From Candidatus Nomurabacteria bacterium (GTDB taxonomy: Bacteria; Patescibacteriota; Patescibacteriia; UBA1558; GWA2-36-10), in assembly GCA_020632415.1 (NCBI GenBank), contig JACKFO010000002.1:119947-183946 (forward strand): DNA of 64,000 nt. Direction: 5' to 3'. Made by a program: the position numbers and the translations under genes. Below the pieces are notes generated by a model. The model saw only the letters and a program-made list of their open reading frames with translations, did not search any database and was not told where the DNA came from. Shown here piece after piece: positions 56,429 through 64,000 of this stretch; within the stretch, counting starts at the first letter, position 1; every line of letters starts with the position of its first letter.

Positions 56429-57137
56429 AATGATTGAATTAAAAAATATCAACAAAGAATTCGTCAATGAAGATGTGGTGACCAAGGTTCTGCACGACAT
56501 TAATTTTTCAATTGCTAAAGGAGAGTTTGTTTCGATTATGGGGCCCTCTGGTTCTGGTAAATCTACTCTGATGCATATTTTGGGTTTTTTGGATACGATC
56601 AGCAGTGGAGAATATCTTTTTTTTGATAAAGATGTTAGTAAATTATCAGAAGATAAATTAGCTGATTTAAGAAATGAAAGCGTTGGTTTTATTTTTCAGA
56701 ATTTTAATTTACTACCAAAAACTACGATTTGGGAAAATGTTCGATTACCACTTTTGTATGCTGATAAAAAAATAGATTTAAGCATTGTTGATCAAGTGAT
56801 TAAAAGCGTTGGTCTAGAACATCGTAAAGATTATTTATCAAATCAATTGTCAGGAGGAGAAAGACAGCGTGTGGCAATTGCACGAGCTTTGGTCAACTCT
56901 CCAGATATTATTTTTGCTGATGAACCAACTGGTAATCTAGATTCCAAATCAGGTTTGCAAGTAATGTCTATTTTACAAGATTTAAATGCTTCCGGAAAAA
57001 CGATCATTTTGGTAACTCACGAGACTTCAACCGCGGAACATGCCAAAAGAATTATCAAAATGAGAGATGGTAAAATAGAGGATGATACTACGGATTTTAA
57101 AAGAAAAATTGCCAATTCTTTGAGTGATTTGAAATAA
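56409..57137 (+). CDS. ABC transporter ATP-binding protein (MacB/LolD/FtsE type)
   Basis: Walker A is GPSGSGKST. The signature is [15 protein letters not shown]. Walker B is [12 protein letters not shown]. Confidence 0.9.
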   Translation: MIKPFNKMIELKNINKEFVNEDVVTKVLHDINFSIAKGEFVSIMGPSGSGKSTLMHILGFLDTISSGEYLFFDKDVSKLSEDKLADLRNESVGFIFQNFNLLPKTTIWENVRLPLLYADKKIDLSIVDQVIKSVGLEHRKDYLSNQLSGGERQRVAIARALVNSPDIIFADEPTGNLDSKSGLQVMSILQDLNASGKTIILVTHETSTAEHAKRIIKMRDGKIEDDTTDFKRKIANSLSDLK

Positions 57138-58375
57138 TGAAAAAAGAAAAAATAACTAATTCTTTTTATTCTGTGCGAGTTTTGTTACGTAATAAAACCC
57201 GTACTTTTTTGACTTCTTTAGGGATCATCATTGGCATTGCCTCGGTAATTATCATTATGTCTGTTGGTGCTGGAGCACAGAGTTTAATCATTAATCAGAT
57301 CAAAGGGATTGGCTCTGACTTATTGGGTATTTTGCCTGGCGGTAGCGATGAAAGCGGTCGTCCGGCAGCTTCTTTAGGTGTTTCGATTACTACCTTGACT
57401 TATGATGACGTGCAAGCAATCGATGCTTTACCAGAAGTAGCTTTTGCAACTGGTTATTCCAAAGGGATGGCGACGGTGACTTGGCAAAATCGGAGCACAG
57501 ACACAAATTTTGTTGGGGTGACTAGTGATTATCCAGGGGTAGAATCAACTGAGCTTATTGATGGTAGTTTTTTGTCTCCGGAAGATGATTTTGGAGTAAA
57601 CAAGATTGCGGTTTTAGGATCACAGGTCAAAGAAGATTTGTTTGGAGATTTTAATCCGATTAATGAAAAAATAAAAATCAACAAAGAGTCTTTTCGAGTA
57701 ATTGGTGTCATGGAATCAAGAGGAACGGCCGGTTTTCAAAATCAAGATGATCAAATTTTTATTCCGATCGAAACAGCGCAAAAATTAATGCTGGGAGTAA
57801 ATCATTTAGGTTTTGCTCGAGCTAAAGTTGCTCCTAATGTTGACGGTTTAGTGGCTGAAGCTGCAGTGGAGGCTTTATTAAGAGAGCGTCACGATATTGA
57901 AAACCCTGAAGAAGACGATTTTACTGTCTCTTTGGCTGATCAAGCAATTGGTGCTTTGACTAGTATTACTGATGCTTTGAATTATTTTTTAGCAGCTGTT
58001 GCGGCCATTTCTTTATTGGTTGGTGGAATTGGTGTGATGAATATTATGTTAGTAGCGGTTTCAGAAAGGACTAGAGAAATTGGTTTACGTAAAGCAGTCG
58101 GCGCTCATCCCAAAGACATTAGCCAACAATTTTTACTAGAAGCAGTATTATTGACAGCAATTGGTGGTTTGATCGGCATTGTTATTGGAATTTTCATATC
58201 CTGGTTAGTAAGTTTAGTTGCTCAGTACTTGGGTTATGATTGGGACTTTGTGGTTTCTTTTTTCTCTATTTTTTTAGCAGTTATTTTTATTGCTTTAGTG
58301 GGCTTACTTTTTGGTTGGTGGCCAGCCAAAAAAGCAGCGAGTTTAAATCCAGTAGAAGCTTTAAGGTACGAATAA
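57137..58375 (+). CDS. ABC transporter permease, MacB/FtsX family with a periplasmic domain
   Basis: The topology is one N-terminal TM, a large extracytoplasmic domain, then a C-terminal FtsX-like 3-TM bundle. Confidence 0.85.
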   Translation: MKKEKITNSFYSVRVLLRNKTRTFLTSLGIIIGIASVIIIMSVGAGAQSLIINQIKGIGSDLLGILPGGSDESGRPAASLGVSITTLTYDDVQAIDALPEVAFATGYSKGMATVTWQNRSTDTNFVGVTSDYPGVESTELIDGSFLSPEDDFGVNKIAVLGSQVKEDLFGDFNPINEKIKINKESFRVIGVMESRGTAGFQNQDDQIFIPIETAQKLMLGVNHLGFARAKVAPNVDGLVAEAAVEALLRERHDIENPEEDDFTVSLADQAIGALTSITDALNYFLAAVAAISLLVGGIGVMNIMLVAVSERTREIGLRKAVGAHPKDISQQFLLEAVLLTAIGGLIGIVIGIFISWLVSLVAQYLGYDWDFVVSFFSIFLAVIFIALVGLLFGWWPAKKAASLNPVEALRYE

Positions 58376-58377
58376 TT

Positions 58378-59625
58378 ATGCAGTATAAAGAAAGCTTCAA
58401 GATATCTATTCAAGCTCTTAAAATCAACAAAGCCCGGTCTTTGTTGACGATTTTAGGCATTGTGATTGGCATTGCTGCAGTTTTAGTCGTCATGTCTGCT
58501 GGGCGCAGTATCCAGAATCTAGTTTATGATGAAATGGATAGTTTTGGTAGCGACGTAATTCAGACTGAAGTTAAAGTACCAAGTGCCAAGCAAGTTTCTT
58601 CAGATAACGCCTTATCAATGGCTCAAGGCGTGGTTATTACAACTTTGACTTTGGATGATAAAGAGGCTATTTCTAAGTTGCCAAACATCAAACAAAACTA
58701 CGCTGCTTTTATCGGTCAAGAAGTTGTTCACTGGGATTCGAATGTCAAAAGTACGATGATTATGGGAGCCTCACCTGAGATGCTTGATATTGATGCTTTG
58801 GAAATTGCTGAGGGAAGATTTTTCTCCAAAGAGGAAGATAACTCTTTGCTTAGAGTAGCAGTGATTGGCAGTGAAATTAAAGAAAAATTATTTGGTGCTA
58901 GTGAAGCAATTGGTCAAAATATAAAAATTAGAAAAACAAATTTTAAAATTATTGGTATAGCCAAGGCCAGTGGAGGATCTTTATTTTTTGATCGTGATCA
59001 AATTGTTTATATCCCAATTCAGACAGCTCAAAAAATATTGTGGGGAGTGGATTATGTAAATTACATCACTTCAGAAATGATCGATACAGCCAAGCAAGAT
59101 GAAACTGTGGATGAAATAATTTATACTTTAAGAGAAAGACATGATATTTCTGATCCAGACAAGGATGATTTTGCAGTGGTCTCAATGGAAGATGCTAAAA
59201 AATTATTAGACACAGTTTTCGGTGGAGTGCAGCTACTTTTAATCGCTTTAGCTGGTATTTCTTTGGTGGTTGGCGGTGTTGGGATTATGAATATTATGTA
59301 TGTTTCGGTTGCTGAGCGTACTTTTGAAATTGGCCTGCGCAAAGCAATCGGCGCTAAATACAAAGATATTATGCAACAGTTTTTAACTGAGGCGGTGGTA
59401 GTGACCGTGCTTGGCGGCGTAGTGGGAATAATTTTAGGTATTATTTTAAATTATTTAGTTTATTTGGTAGCCGGCAGTAAGGGTTTTAACTGGGCTTTGT
59501 CTTTACCACTTTCGGCTCTGTTTACTTCTTTGAGTTTTGCAGTAATAATTGGCTTAGTTTTTGGTATTTTTCCAGCCAAAACGGCAGCCAAGTTAGAGCC
59601 AATTCAAGCCTTACGGAAAGAGTAG
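58378..59625 (+). CDS. second MacB/FtsX-family ABC permease
   Basis: It is a paralogous architecture. The ATG at 58378 follows the upstream stop. The ORF-track start at 58240 would overlap the preceding gene and is rejected. Confidence 0.8.
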   Translation: MQYKESFKISIQALKINKARSLLTILGIVIGIAAVLVVMSAGRSIQNLVYDEMDSFGSDVIQTEVKVPSAKQVSSDNALSMAQGVVITTLTLDDKEAISKLPNIKQNYAAFIGQEVVHWDSNVKSTMIMGASPEMLDIDALEIAEGRFFSKEEDNSLLRVAVIGSEIKEKLFGASEAIGQNIKIRKTNFKIIGIAKASGGSLFFDRDQIVYIPIQTAQKILWGVDYVNYITSEMIDTAKQDETVDEIIYTLRERHDISDPDKDDFAVVSMEDAKKLLDTVFGGVQLLLIALAGISLVVGGVGIMNIMYVSVAERTFEIGLRKAIGAKYKDIMQQFLTEAVVVTVLGGVVGIILGIILNYLVYLVAGSKGFNWALSLPLSALFTSLSFAVIIGLVFGIFPAKTAAKLEPIQALRKE

Positions 59626-59698
59626 GTCAATTGACCTTGAATTAATTTTAATATACACTAAAATAAATAATGGTTGTTTTCAATGATGGAGTTAAACG

Positions 59699-59803
59699 AT
59701 GCGTGAATTGATTGTTCTATCAGCAGGGATCGTTTTTGCCGCCATTGCTTTGTTCATTGGCACTGGCTATGATTCTCTGCAGAGGCAGAAGCGATCTCAG
59801 TAA
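59699..59803 (+). CDS. candidate 34-aa hydrophobic small protein
   Basis: The translation is MRELIVLSAGIVFAAIALFIGTGYDSLQRQKRSQ. An SD GGAG lies 8 nt upstream and a terminator lies immediately downstream. Confidence 0.4.
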   Translation: MRELIVLSAGIVFAAIALFIGTGYDSLQRQKRSQ

Positions 59804-59810
59804 GATCTTT

Positions 59811-59844
59811 TCCCTCCCAACCCTTCTTGACGGAGGGTTTTTTA
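59811..59844 (+). terminator. rho-independent terminator
   Basis: TCCCTCC caacccttcttgac GGAGGG TTTTTT. Confidence 0.8.
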
Positions 59845-59878
59845 AATATGGCTAATATTAGCTAATATTTTATTTATA

Positions 59879-59905
59879 TTAGCACTCCTTGACTCTGAGT
59901 GCTAA
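59879..59905 (+). promoter_or_regulatory. CIRCE operator (HrcA binding site)
   Basis: TTAGCACTC-cttgactct-GAGTGCTAA is a perfect match to the CIRCE consensus with a 9-nt spacer. Confidence 0.9.
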
Positions 59906-59917
59906 ATGCTTTATAAT
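59889..59917 (+). promoter_or_regulatory. sigma70 promoter of the hrcA operon, with the -35 inside CIRCE
   Basis: TTGACT (59889-59894) -N17- TATAAT (59912-59917). Confidence 0.65.
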
Positions 59918-59940
59918 TATTTATACATAAACTTTTGAAG

Positions 59941-60591
59941 ATGGAAAAAAGGTCTGAACAATTATTAAAAGCAATCGTTGAGCTCTATATTGCAGATGCT
60001 CGACCAATTGGCTCGTCTGCTTTAGCTGATACCTTTGAGGTAAGTCCAGCTACTATTCGTAATGCTATGATGGCTTTAGAAACAGAAGGTTATATTTATC
60101 AGCCTCATACTTCGGCCGGTAGAATTCCTACTATTCAAGGTTATAAATATTATTTAGACAATTTACTATCTGTTACTGACTGTTCTGAAAAAGAAAAAAC
60201 AGAATTACAAACAGCCTATAATAAAGACGTTAGAGAATTAGCAAAATTATTAGTTGAAAAAACAAATTTAGCTAGCATTATTGCTTTTGCTCCTTCAGAT
60301 CTTTACTTTACCGGCTTGTTTAATTTATTTTCTCAGCCAGAGTTTGAAGATTACAAAATGGTTTTATCAATGAGTCAAGTTGTGGATAGTTTAGAAAAGG
60401 CCATTAATAATATTTATCATAAAATTGATAAGCCTCAGGTATTGTTAGGTGAAGACAATCCATTTTCTGCTGACTGTTCAGTGATTATTGCGCCCTTAGC
60501 TCATGATAACAAGCAACTATTAGCAATTTTAGGGCCAATTAGAATGGATTATAATAAAATTTTAGGTTTATTTGAAGCAATCGTAAAATAA
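59941..60591 (+). CDS. hrcA: heat-inducible transcription repressor HrcA (short form)
   Basis: LLKAIVELYIADARPIGSSALADTFEVSPATIRNAMMALETEGYIYQPHTSAGRIPTIQGYKYY is the HrcA winged-HTH N-terminus. It is only about 216 aa long. The ATG at 59941 is preferred over the TTG at 59935. Confidence 0.85.
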   Translation: MEKRSEQLLKAIVELYIADARPIGSSALADTFEVSPATIRNAMMALETEGYIYQPHTSAGRIPTIQGYKYYLDNLLSVTDCSEKEKTELQTAYNKDVRELAKLLVEKTNLASIIAFAPSDLYFTGLFNLFSQPEFEDYKMVLSMSQVVDSLEKAINNIYHKIDKPQVLLGEDNPFSADCSVIIAPLAHDNKQLLAILGPIRMDYNKILGLFEAIVK

Positions 60592-60597
60592 AACAAC

Positions 60598-61086
60598 ATG
60601 TCAGAAAAAAAAGAATCAAATAAAAAGCAAACTAAGCTCAGTCGAGAAGAATTAGAGATTCAAGTCGCCGAAAATTTAGCTGGTTGGCAAAAAGCCTTAG
60701 CTGATTATCAAAATTTACAAAGAGAAAATGGACAGAAGATTAGCAATTTGAGTAATCTATTAACTAATAATTTAGTTTTAGAATTATTGCCAATCTTTGA
60801 CAATTATCAAACAGCGATTAATCATATACCGGAAGCTGAAAAAACAAGTTCTTGGGCTGTTGGTTTAGAGCATATTTTGAAAATGTGGGAAACCTTTTTA
60901 GCAGATCATAATGTCACTCGCATCAAGACTATTGGCGAAGAATTTAATCCTCACATTCATGAAGCTTTAGATCAAGTCAGCGAAGAAGATAAGGCGGATC
61001 AAGAAATCGTTGAAGAAAAACAAGCCGGTTTTATGCTTAATGATGATGTTATCAGACCTGCAAAAGTAATTATAAATAATAAATAA
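60598..61086 (+). CDS. grpE: nucleotide exchange factor GrpE
   Basis: It is 162 aa, in the position between hrcA and dnaK, with a GrpE-like C-terminus ...GEEFNPHIHEAL... Confidence 0.85.
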   Translation: MSEKKESNKKQTKLSREELEIQVAENLAGWQKALADYQNLQRENGQKISNLSNLLTNNLVLELLPIFDNYQTAINHIPEAEKTSSWAVGLEHILKMWETFLADHNVTRIKTIGEEFNPHIHEALDQVSEEDKADQEIVEEKQAGFMLNDDVIRPAKVIINNK

Positions 61087-61101
61087 AGAAAGGAGAATAT
61101 T

Positions 61102-61491
61102 ATGTCATTAATACCATGGAGTCCATTTTTGGACACTTTTGAAAGTTTGGAAAATACAAATTTTCTACCAGCCATCGATGTCTATGAAGATCATGATCAG
61201 GTGGTAGTGGAGGCTAGTTTAGCCGGTATTAGTCCAGAAGATGTAAACATCTCAGTGAAAGACGATGTTTTTACACTAGAAGGAACACGTCGAGAAACTT
61301 CCGAAATTGATGAGAAAAATTATTATCGTAAAGAAGTGCGTACTGGTTCATTTCATCGTTCAGTAATCTTGCCAGATTCTGTTCAAGCTGACAAAGCAGA
61401 AGCTCATTTTGAAAACGGATTATTAAAAGTAAGATTACCAAAAGAGACTCAAGAAAAATCAAAAAATATTGAGATTAAAATTAAAAAATAA
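61102..61491 (+). CDS. Hsp20/alpha-crystallin family small heat-shock protein
   Basis: The alpha-crystallin domain is ...AIDVYEDHDQVVVEASLAGISPEDVNISVKDDVFTLEGTR...GSFHRSVILP...ENGLLKVRLPK. A strong SD AGGAG is present. Confidence 0.85.
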   Translation: MSLIPWSPFLDTFESLENTNFLPAIDVYEDHDQVVVEASLAGISPEDVNISVKDDVFTLEGTRRETSEIDEKNYYRKEVRTGSFHRSVILPDSVQADKAEAHFENGLLKVRLPKETQEKSKNIEIKIKK

Positions 61492-61823
61492 TGTTAAATA
61501 CAAATCATCCCTTAAGTCTGAAGTTGATCAAATCTTGTCCGATTTGTTCAAATGTTTATGAGCAAACCAAAATTCAAATTTTAGAGGAAAGTGAATACGG
61601 AATTTTGACTTATGTGACTTGTCAAAATTGTGGAGCTAACTTACTCACAAAAATTTCAACTCTCGCTCAAGGTTTAGTTGGACAAGCAATTTTAACCGAT
61701 TTAAAAGCTAGTGAAGTAATGGATTTTGCCGTTGGCAATGATCTTGAAGCGGATCAAGTTTTAAAGATGCAGGAGATGATTCATCAGAATCAATTAATTA
61801 ATAATTTTAGAGAAATAATTTAA
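61491..61823 (+). CDS. hypothetical zinc-ribbon protein embedded in the heat-shock operon
   Basis: It is 110 aa with CPICSN...CQNCGAN. It overlaps hsp20 as TAATG. Confidence 0.5.
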   Translation: MLNTNHPLSLKLIKSCPICSNVYEQTKIQILEESEYGILTYVTCQNCGANLLTKISTLAQGLVGQAILTDLKASEVMDFAVGNDLEADQVLKMQEMIHQNQLINNFREII

Positions 61824-61834
61824 TCAAAAAAGAT

Positions 61835-63754
61835 ATGGGAAAAATATTAGGAATCGATTTGGGTACTACTAATTCCGCTTTCGCCATTATTGAAGGAGGC
61901 CAACCAAAAATCTTGGAAAACAAAGAAGGCGCTCGTACGACCCCTTCGATGGTTGCTATCTCCAAAAATGGTGAGCGTTTAGTAGGTTTGCCGGCAAAAC
62001 GTCAGGCAGTAACCAATCCAGAAAATACAATTTTTTCAGTCAAGCGTTTGATTGGAAGAAAATTTGAAGATGCTGAGGTATCAAAAGACATTGAAACAAT
62101 GCCTTACAAGATTATTAAATCAGGCGTTGGCGTCAAAGTCGTGATGAACGGTAAAGAGCATAGTCCACAAGAAGTTTCAGCAATGATTTTACAAAAAATT
62201 AAGGCTGACGCCGAAGAGCGTTTAGGTGAGTCAGTAACTGAAGCGGTTATTACTGTGCCAGCTTATTTTGATGACTCACAACGTCAGGCTACTAAAGATG
62301 CTGGTAAAATCGCTGGTTTAGAAGTAAAGCGTATTATTAATGAGCCAACAGCCGCAGCTTTGGCTTACGGATTTGATAAAAAGAAAGATCAACAAGTGGT
62401 AGTTTATGACTTGGGCGGTGGTACTTTTGATGTTTCTATTTTAGACGTTTCAGCTGATACCGTAGAAGTGAAATCCACCAATGGTGATACTCATCTTGGC
62501 GGTGATGATTTTGATCAAGTTATTATCAATTGGATTTTAAGTGAGTACAAAAGACAAGAAGGCATTGATTTATCCAAAGATAATTTAGCCTTACAAAGAT
62601 TAAAAGAGTCAGCTGAAAAAGCCAAGATTGAACTTTCTTCATCAATGGAGACTGAAATTAATCAGCCATTTATTACTACCGATGAATCTGGTCCAAAACA
62701 TTTGGTGATGAAAATTACTCGTGCTCAATTAGAAGATTTAGTTGGTGATTTGGTTACTAGAACTTTAGAGCCATGCAAAAAAGCGCTGGCTGATGCTAAA
62801 TTAGAAGTCAAAGATATCGAAGAGGTTGTTATGGTTGGTGGTATGACTCGTATGCCACTTGTCCAAAAGAAAGTAGAAGAATTTTTTGGTAAAAAACCAA
62901 ATGTTTCTGTCAATCCTGACGAAGTTGTGGCTTTAGGCGCGGCTGTACAAGCTGGAGTTTTGCAAGGTGATGTCAAAGATGTCTTGTTACTTGATGTTAC
63001 TCCGCTTACTTTAGGTATTGAAACCATGGGTGGTGTTCGTACGCCGTTGATTGATCGCAATACGACTATTCCTGCCTCCAAATCACAGATTTTCTCCACT
63101 GCTGCTGATAATCAGCCTAGTGTCGAGATTCATGTCTTGCAAGGTGAACGTGAAATGGCTGCTGATAACAAAACTTTAGGTAGGTTTACTTTGTCTGGTA
63201 TTCCACCAGCACCACGCGGTGTGCCACAAATTGAAGTTAGTTTTGATATCGATGCCAATGGTATTTTGCATGTCAAAGCTGTAGACAAGGGAACCGGCAC
63301 TGAACAAAAAATTACCATTCAGTCATCTTCTGGCTTATCTGATGAGGAAATTAAAAATATGCAAAAAGATGCTGAGATTCATGCCGATGAAGATAAGAAA
63401 AAGAAAGAAGCAGTAGAAACTCGTAACGCTGCTGACAATATTGTTTTCCAAACTGAAAAATTCATCAAAGATAATGGTGATAAATTCAAAGCAGAAGATA
63501 AAAAAGAAATGGAAGAAAAAACCGAAGCTCTGAAAAAAGTCAAAGATGGCGAAGATTTAGAAGTTATTAAAACTGCTACCAAGGACTTGGAAGAAGTAGT
63601 GCAAAAAGTTGGCGCTGCTATGTACCAGCAACAAGCTACTGATCAGCAACAAGCTGCTGGTAGTTCTGGTCCAGATGCTGCAGCTGAAGGCGAGAAAAAA
63701 GAAGATGCCTCTGAAGGTGACTTCGAAGACGTCAAAGCAGAAGAAAATAAATAA
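61835..63754 (+). CDS. dnaK: molecular chaperone DnaK (Hsp70)
   Basis: [18 protein letters not shown]...[12 protein letters not shown]...[11 protein letters not shown]. Confidence 0.97.
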   Translation: MGKILGIDLGTTNSAFAIIEGGQPKILENKEGARTTPSMVAISKNGERLVGLPAKRQAVTNPENTIFSVKRLIGRKFEDAEVSKDIETMPYKIIKSGVGVKVVMNGKEHSPQEVSAMILQKIKADAEERLGESVTEAVITVPAYFDDSQRQATKDAGKIAGLEVKRIINEPTAAALAYGFDKKKDQQVVVYDLGGGTFDVSILDVSADTVEVKSTNGDTHLGGDDFDQVIINWILSEYKRQEGIDLSKDNLALQRLKESAEKAKIELSSSMETEINQPFITTDESGPKHLVMKITRAQLEDLVGDLVTRTLEPCKKALADAKLEVKDIEEVVMVGGMTRMPLVQKKVEEFFGKKPNVSVNPDEVVALGAAVQAGVLQGDVKDVLLLDVTPLTLGIETMGGVRTPLIDRNTTIPASKSQIFSTAADNQPSVEIHVLQGEREMAADNKTLGRFTLSGIPPAPRGVPQIEVSFDIDANGILHVKAVDKGTGTEQKITIQSSSGLSDEEIKNMQKDAEIHADEDKKKKEAVETRNAADNIVFQTEKFIKDNGDKFKAEDKKEMEEKTEALKKVKDGEDLEVIKTATKDLEEVVQKVGAAMYQQQATDQQQAAGSSGPDAAAEGEKKEDASEGDFEDVKAEENK

Positions 63755-63768
63755 TAAATTTAATTTGT

Positions 63769-63793
63769 CCGCCCCGGGATAAACCCGGGGCGG
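63769..63793 (+). promoter_or_regulatory. perfect GC-rich hairpin between dnaK and dnaJ (attenuator or processing / stability element)
   Basis: CCGCCCCGGG ataaa CCCGGGGCGG is a 10-bp GC stem with no T-run after it. Confidence 0.5.
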
Positions 63794-63805
63794 CTTAAAA
63801 TACAA

Positions 63806-64000
63806 ATGTCCAAAGACTACTATAAAATATTGGGTGTAAATAAATCCGCTAGCGCCGAAGAGATAAAAAAAGCTTTTCGAAAACTAGCCCACGAACATCA
63901 TCCTGACAAAAATAATGGTGATGATGCTAAATTTAAAGAAGCCAATGAAGCTTATCAAGTGTTGAGTGACAAAAACAAACGCGCTCAGTATGATCAATTT
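63806..64000 (+). CDS. dnaJ: DnaJ J-domain (3' end lies outside the window)
   Basis: [11 protein letters not shown]...[14 protein letters not shown]...EAYQVLSD includes the HPD motif. Confidence 0.9.
   Translation, partial: MSKDYYKILGVNKSASAEEIKKAFRKLAHEHHPDKNNGDDAKFKEANEAYQVLSDKNKRAQYDQF

Noticed and set aside
58240-58377. An N-terminal extension (MGLCGFFFLYFF...) of the second ABC permease.
   Set aside because: It would overlap the upstream permease gene by 136 nt in another frame. The ATG at 58378 directly follows the upstream stop and begins a normal FtsX-family N-terminus.

Overview
This is a low-GC fragment that uses the standard genetic code; TGA is a stop codon, for example at 27364-27366. 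Its gene content and order look like a Candidate Phyla Radiation (Patescibacteria) bacterium. Reading 5' to 3', the window holds:

1. The core ribosomal-protein cluster from rplC to rplO, then secY, adk and map. There is no rpmD (L30) gene between rpsE and rplO. Several ribosomal proteins carry Lys/Glu-rich terminal extensions.
2. Envelope genes: ruvX, a WecA/MraY-type sugar-1-phosphate transferase, DUF192, a hydrophobic membrane protein and an HtrA-like PDZ protein whose catalytic residues appear substituted.
3. A small excisionase-type helix-turn-helix (HTH) gene, a 420-bp non-coding region, and then an extracytoplasmic-function (ECF) sigma factor / anti-sigma pair. These sit upstream of a roughly 300-nt GC-rich structured leader and a 1240-aa signal-peptide-bearing Thr/Ser/Gly/Ala/Val/Asn-rich repeat protein, which is a candidate S-layer or adhesin.
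4. A 17-kb glycan locus: six GT4-type glycosyltransferases, three SAM methyltransferases (one fused to a GT-like domain), a Wzx flippase, a WbaP-type initiating phosphotransferase, and two tandem Wzy_C (O-antigen-ligase / O-oligosaccharyltransferase-like) proteins with TPR tails.
5. A Chp-like chemosensory module (methyl-accepting chemotaxis protein (MCP), CheW, CheA, and a receiver domain fused to a zinc ribbon) directly fused to a type IV pilus locus. That locus has pilB, pilC, four prepilin-like proteins (two with LamG lectin domains, one 687 aa with a beta-propeller-like domain), a pilM-pilN fusion and two tandem major-pilin paralogs.
6. A MacAB/YknXYZ-like ABC exporter with two permeases.
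7. A heat-shock operon (CIRCE, hrcA, grpE, hsp20, a zinc-ribbon ORF, dnaK, 5' part of dnaJ) whose promoter is overlapped by a perfect CIRCE operator.

The most interesting combination is the large surface protein, the methylated-glycan and Wzy_C locus, and the chemosensory type IV pilus locus lying next to each other. This layout is compatible with a surface-protein or pilin O-glycosylation and attachment system. All calls come from reading the translations and the DNA; no database searches were run.
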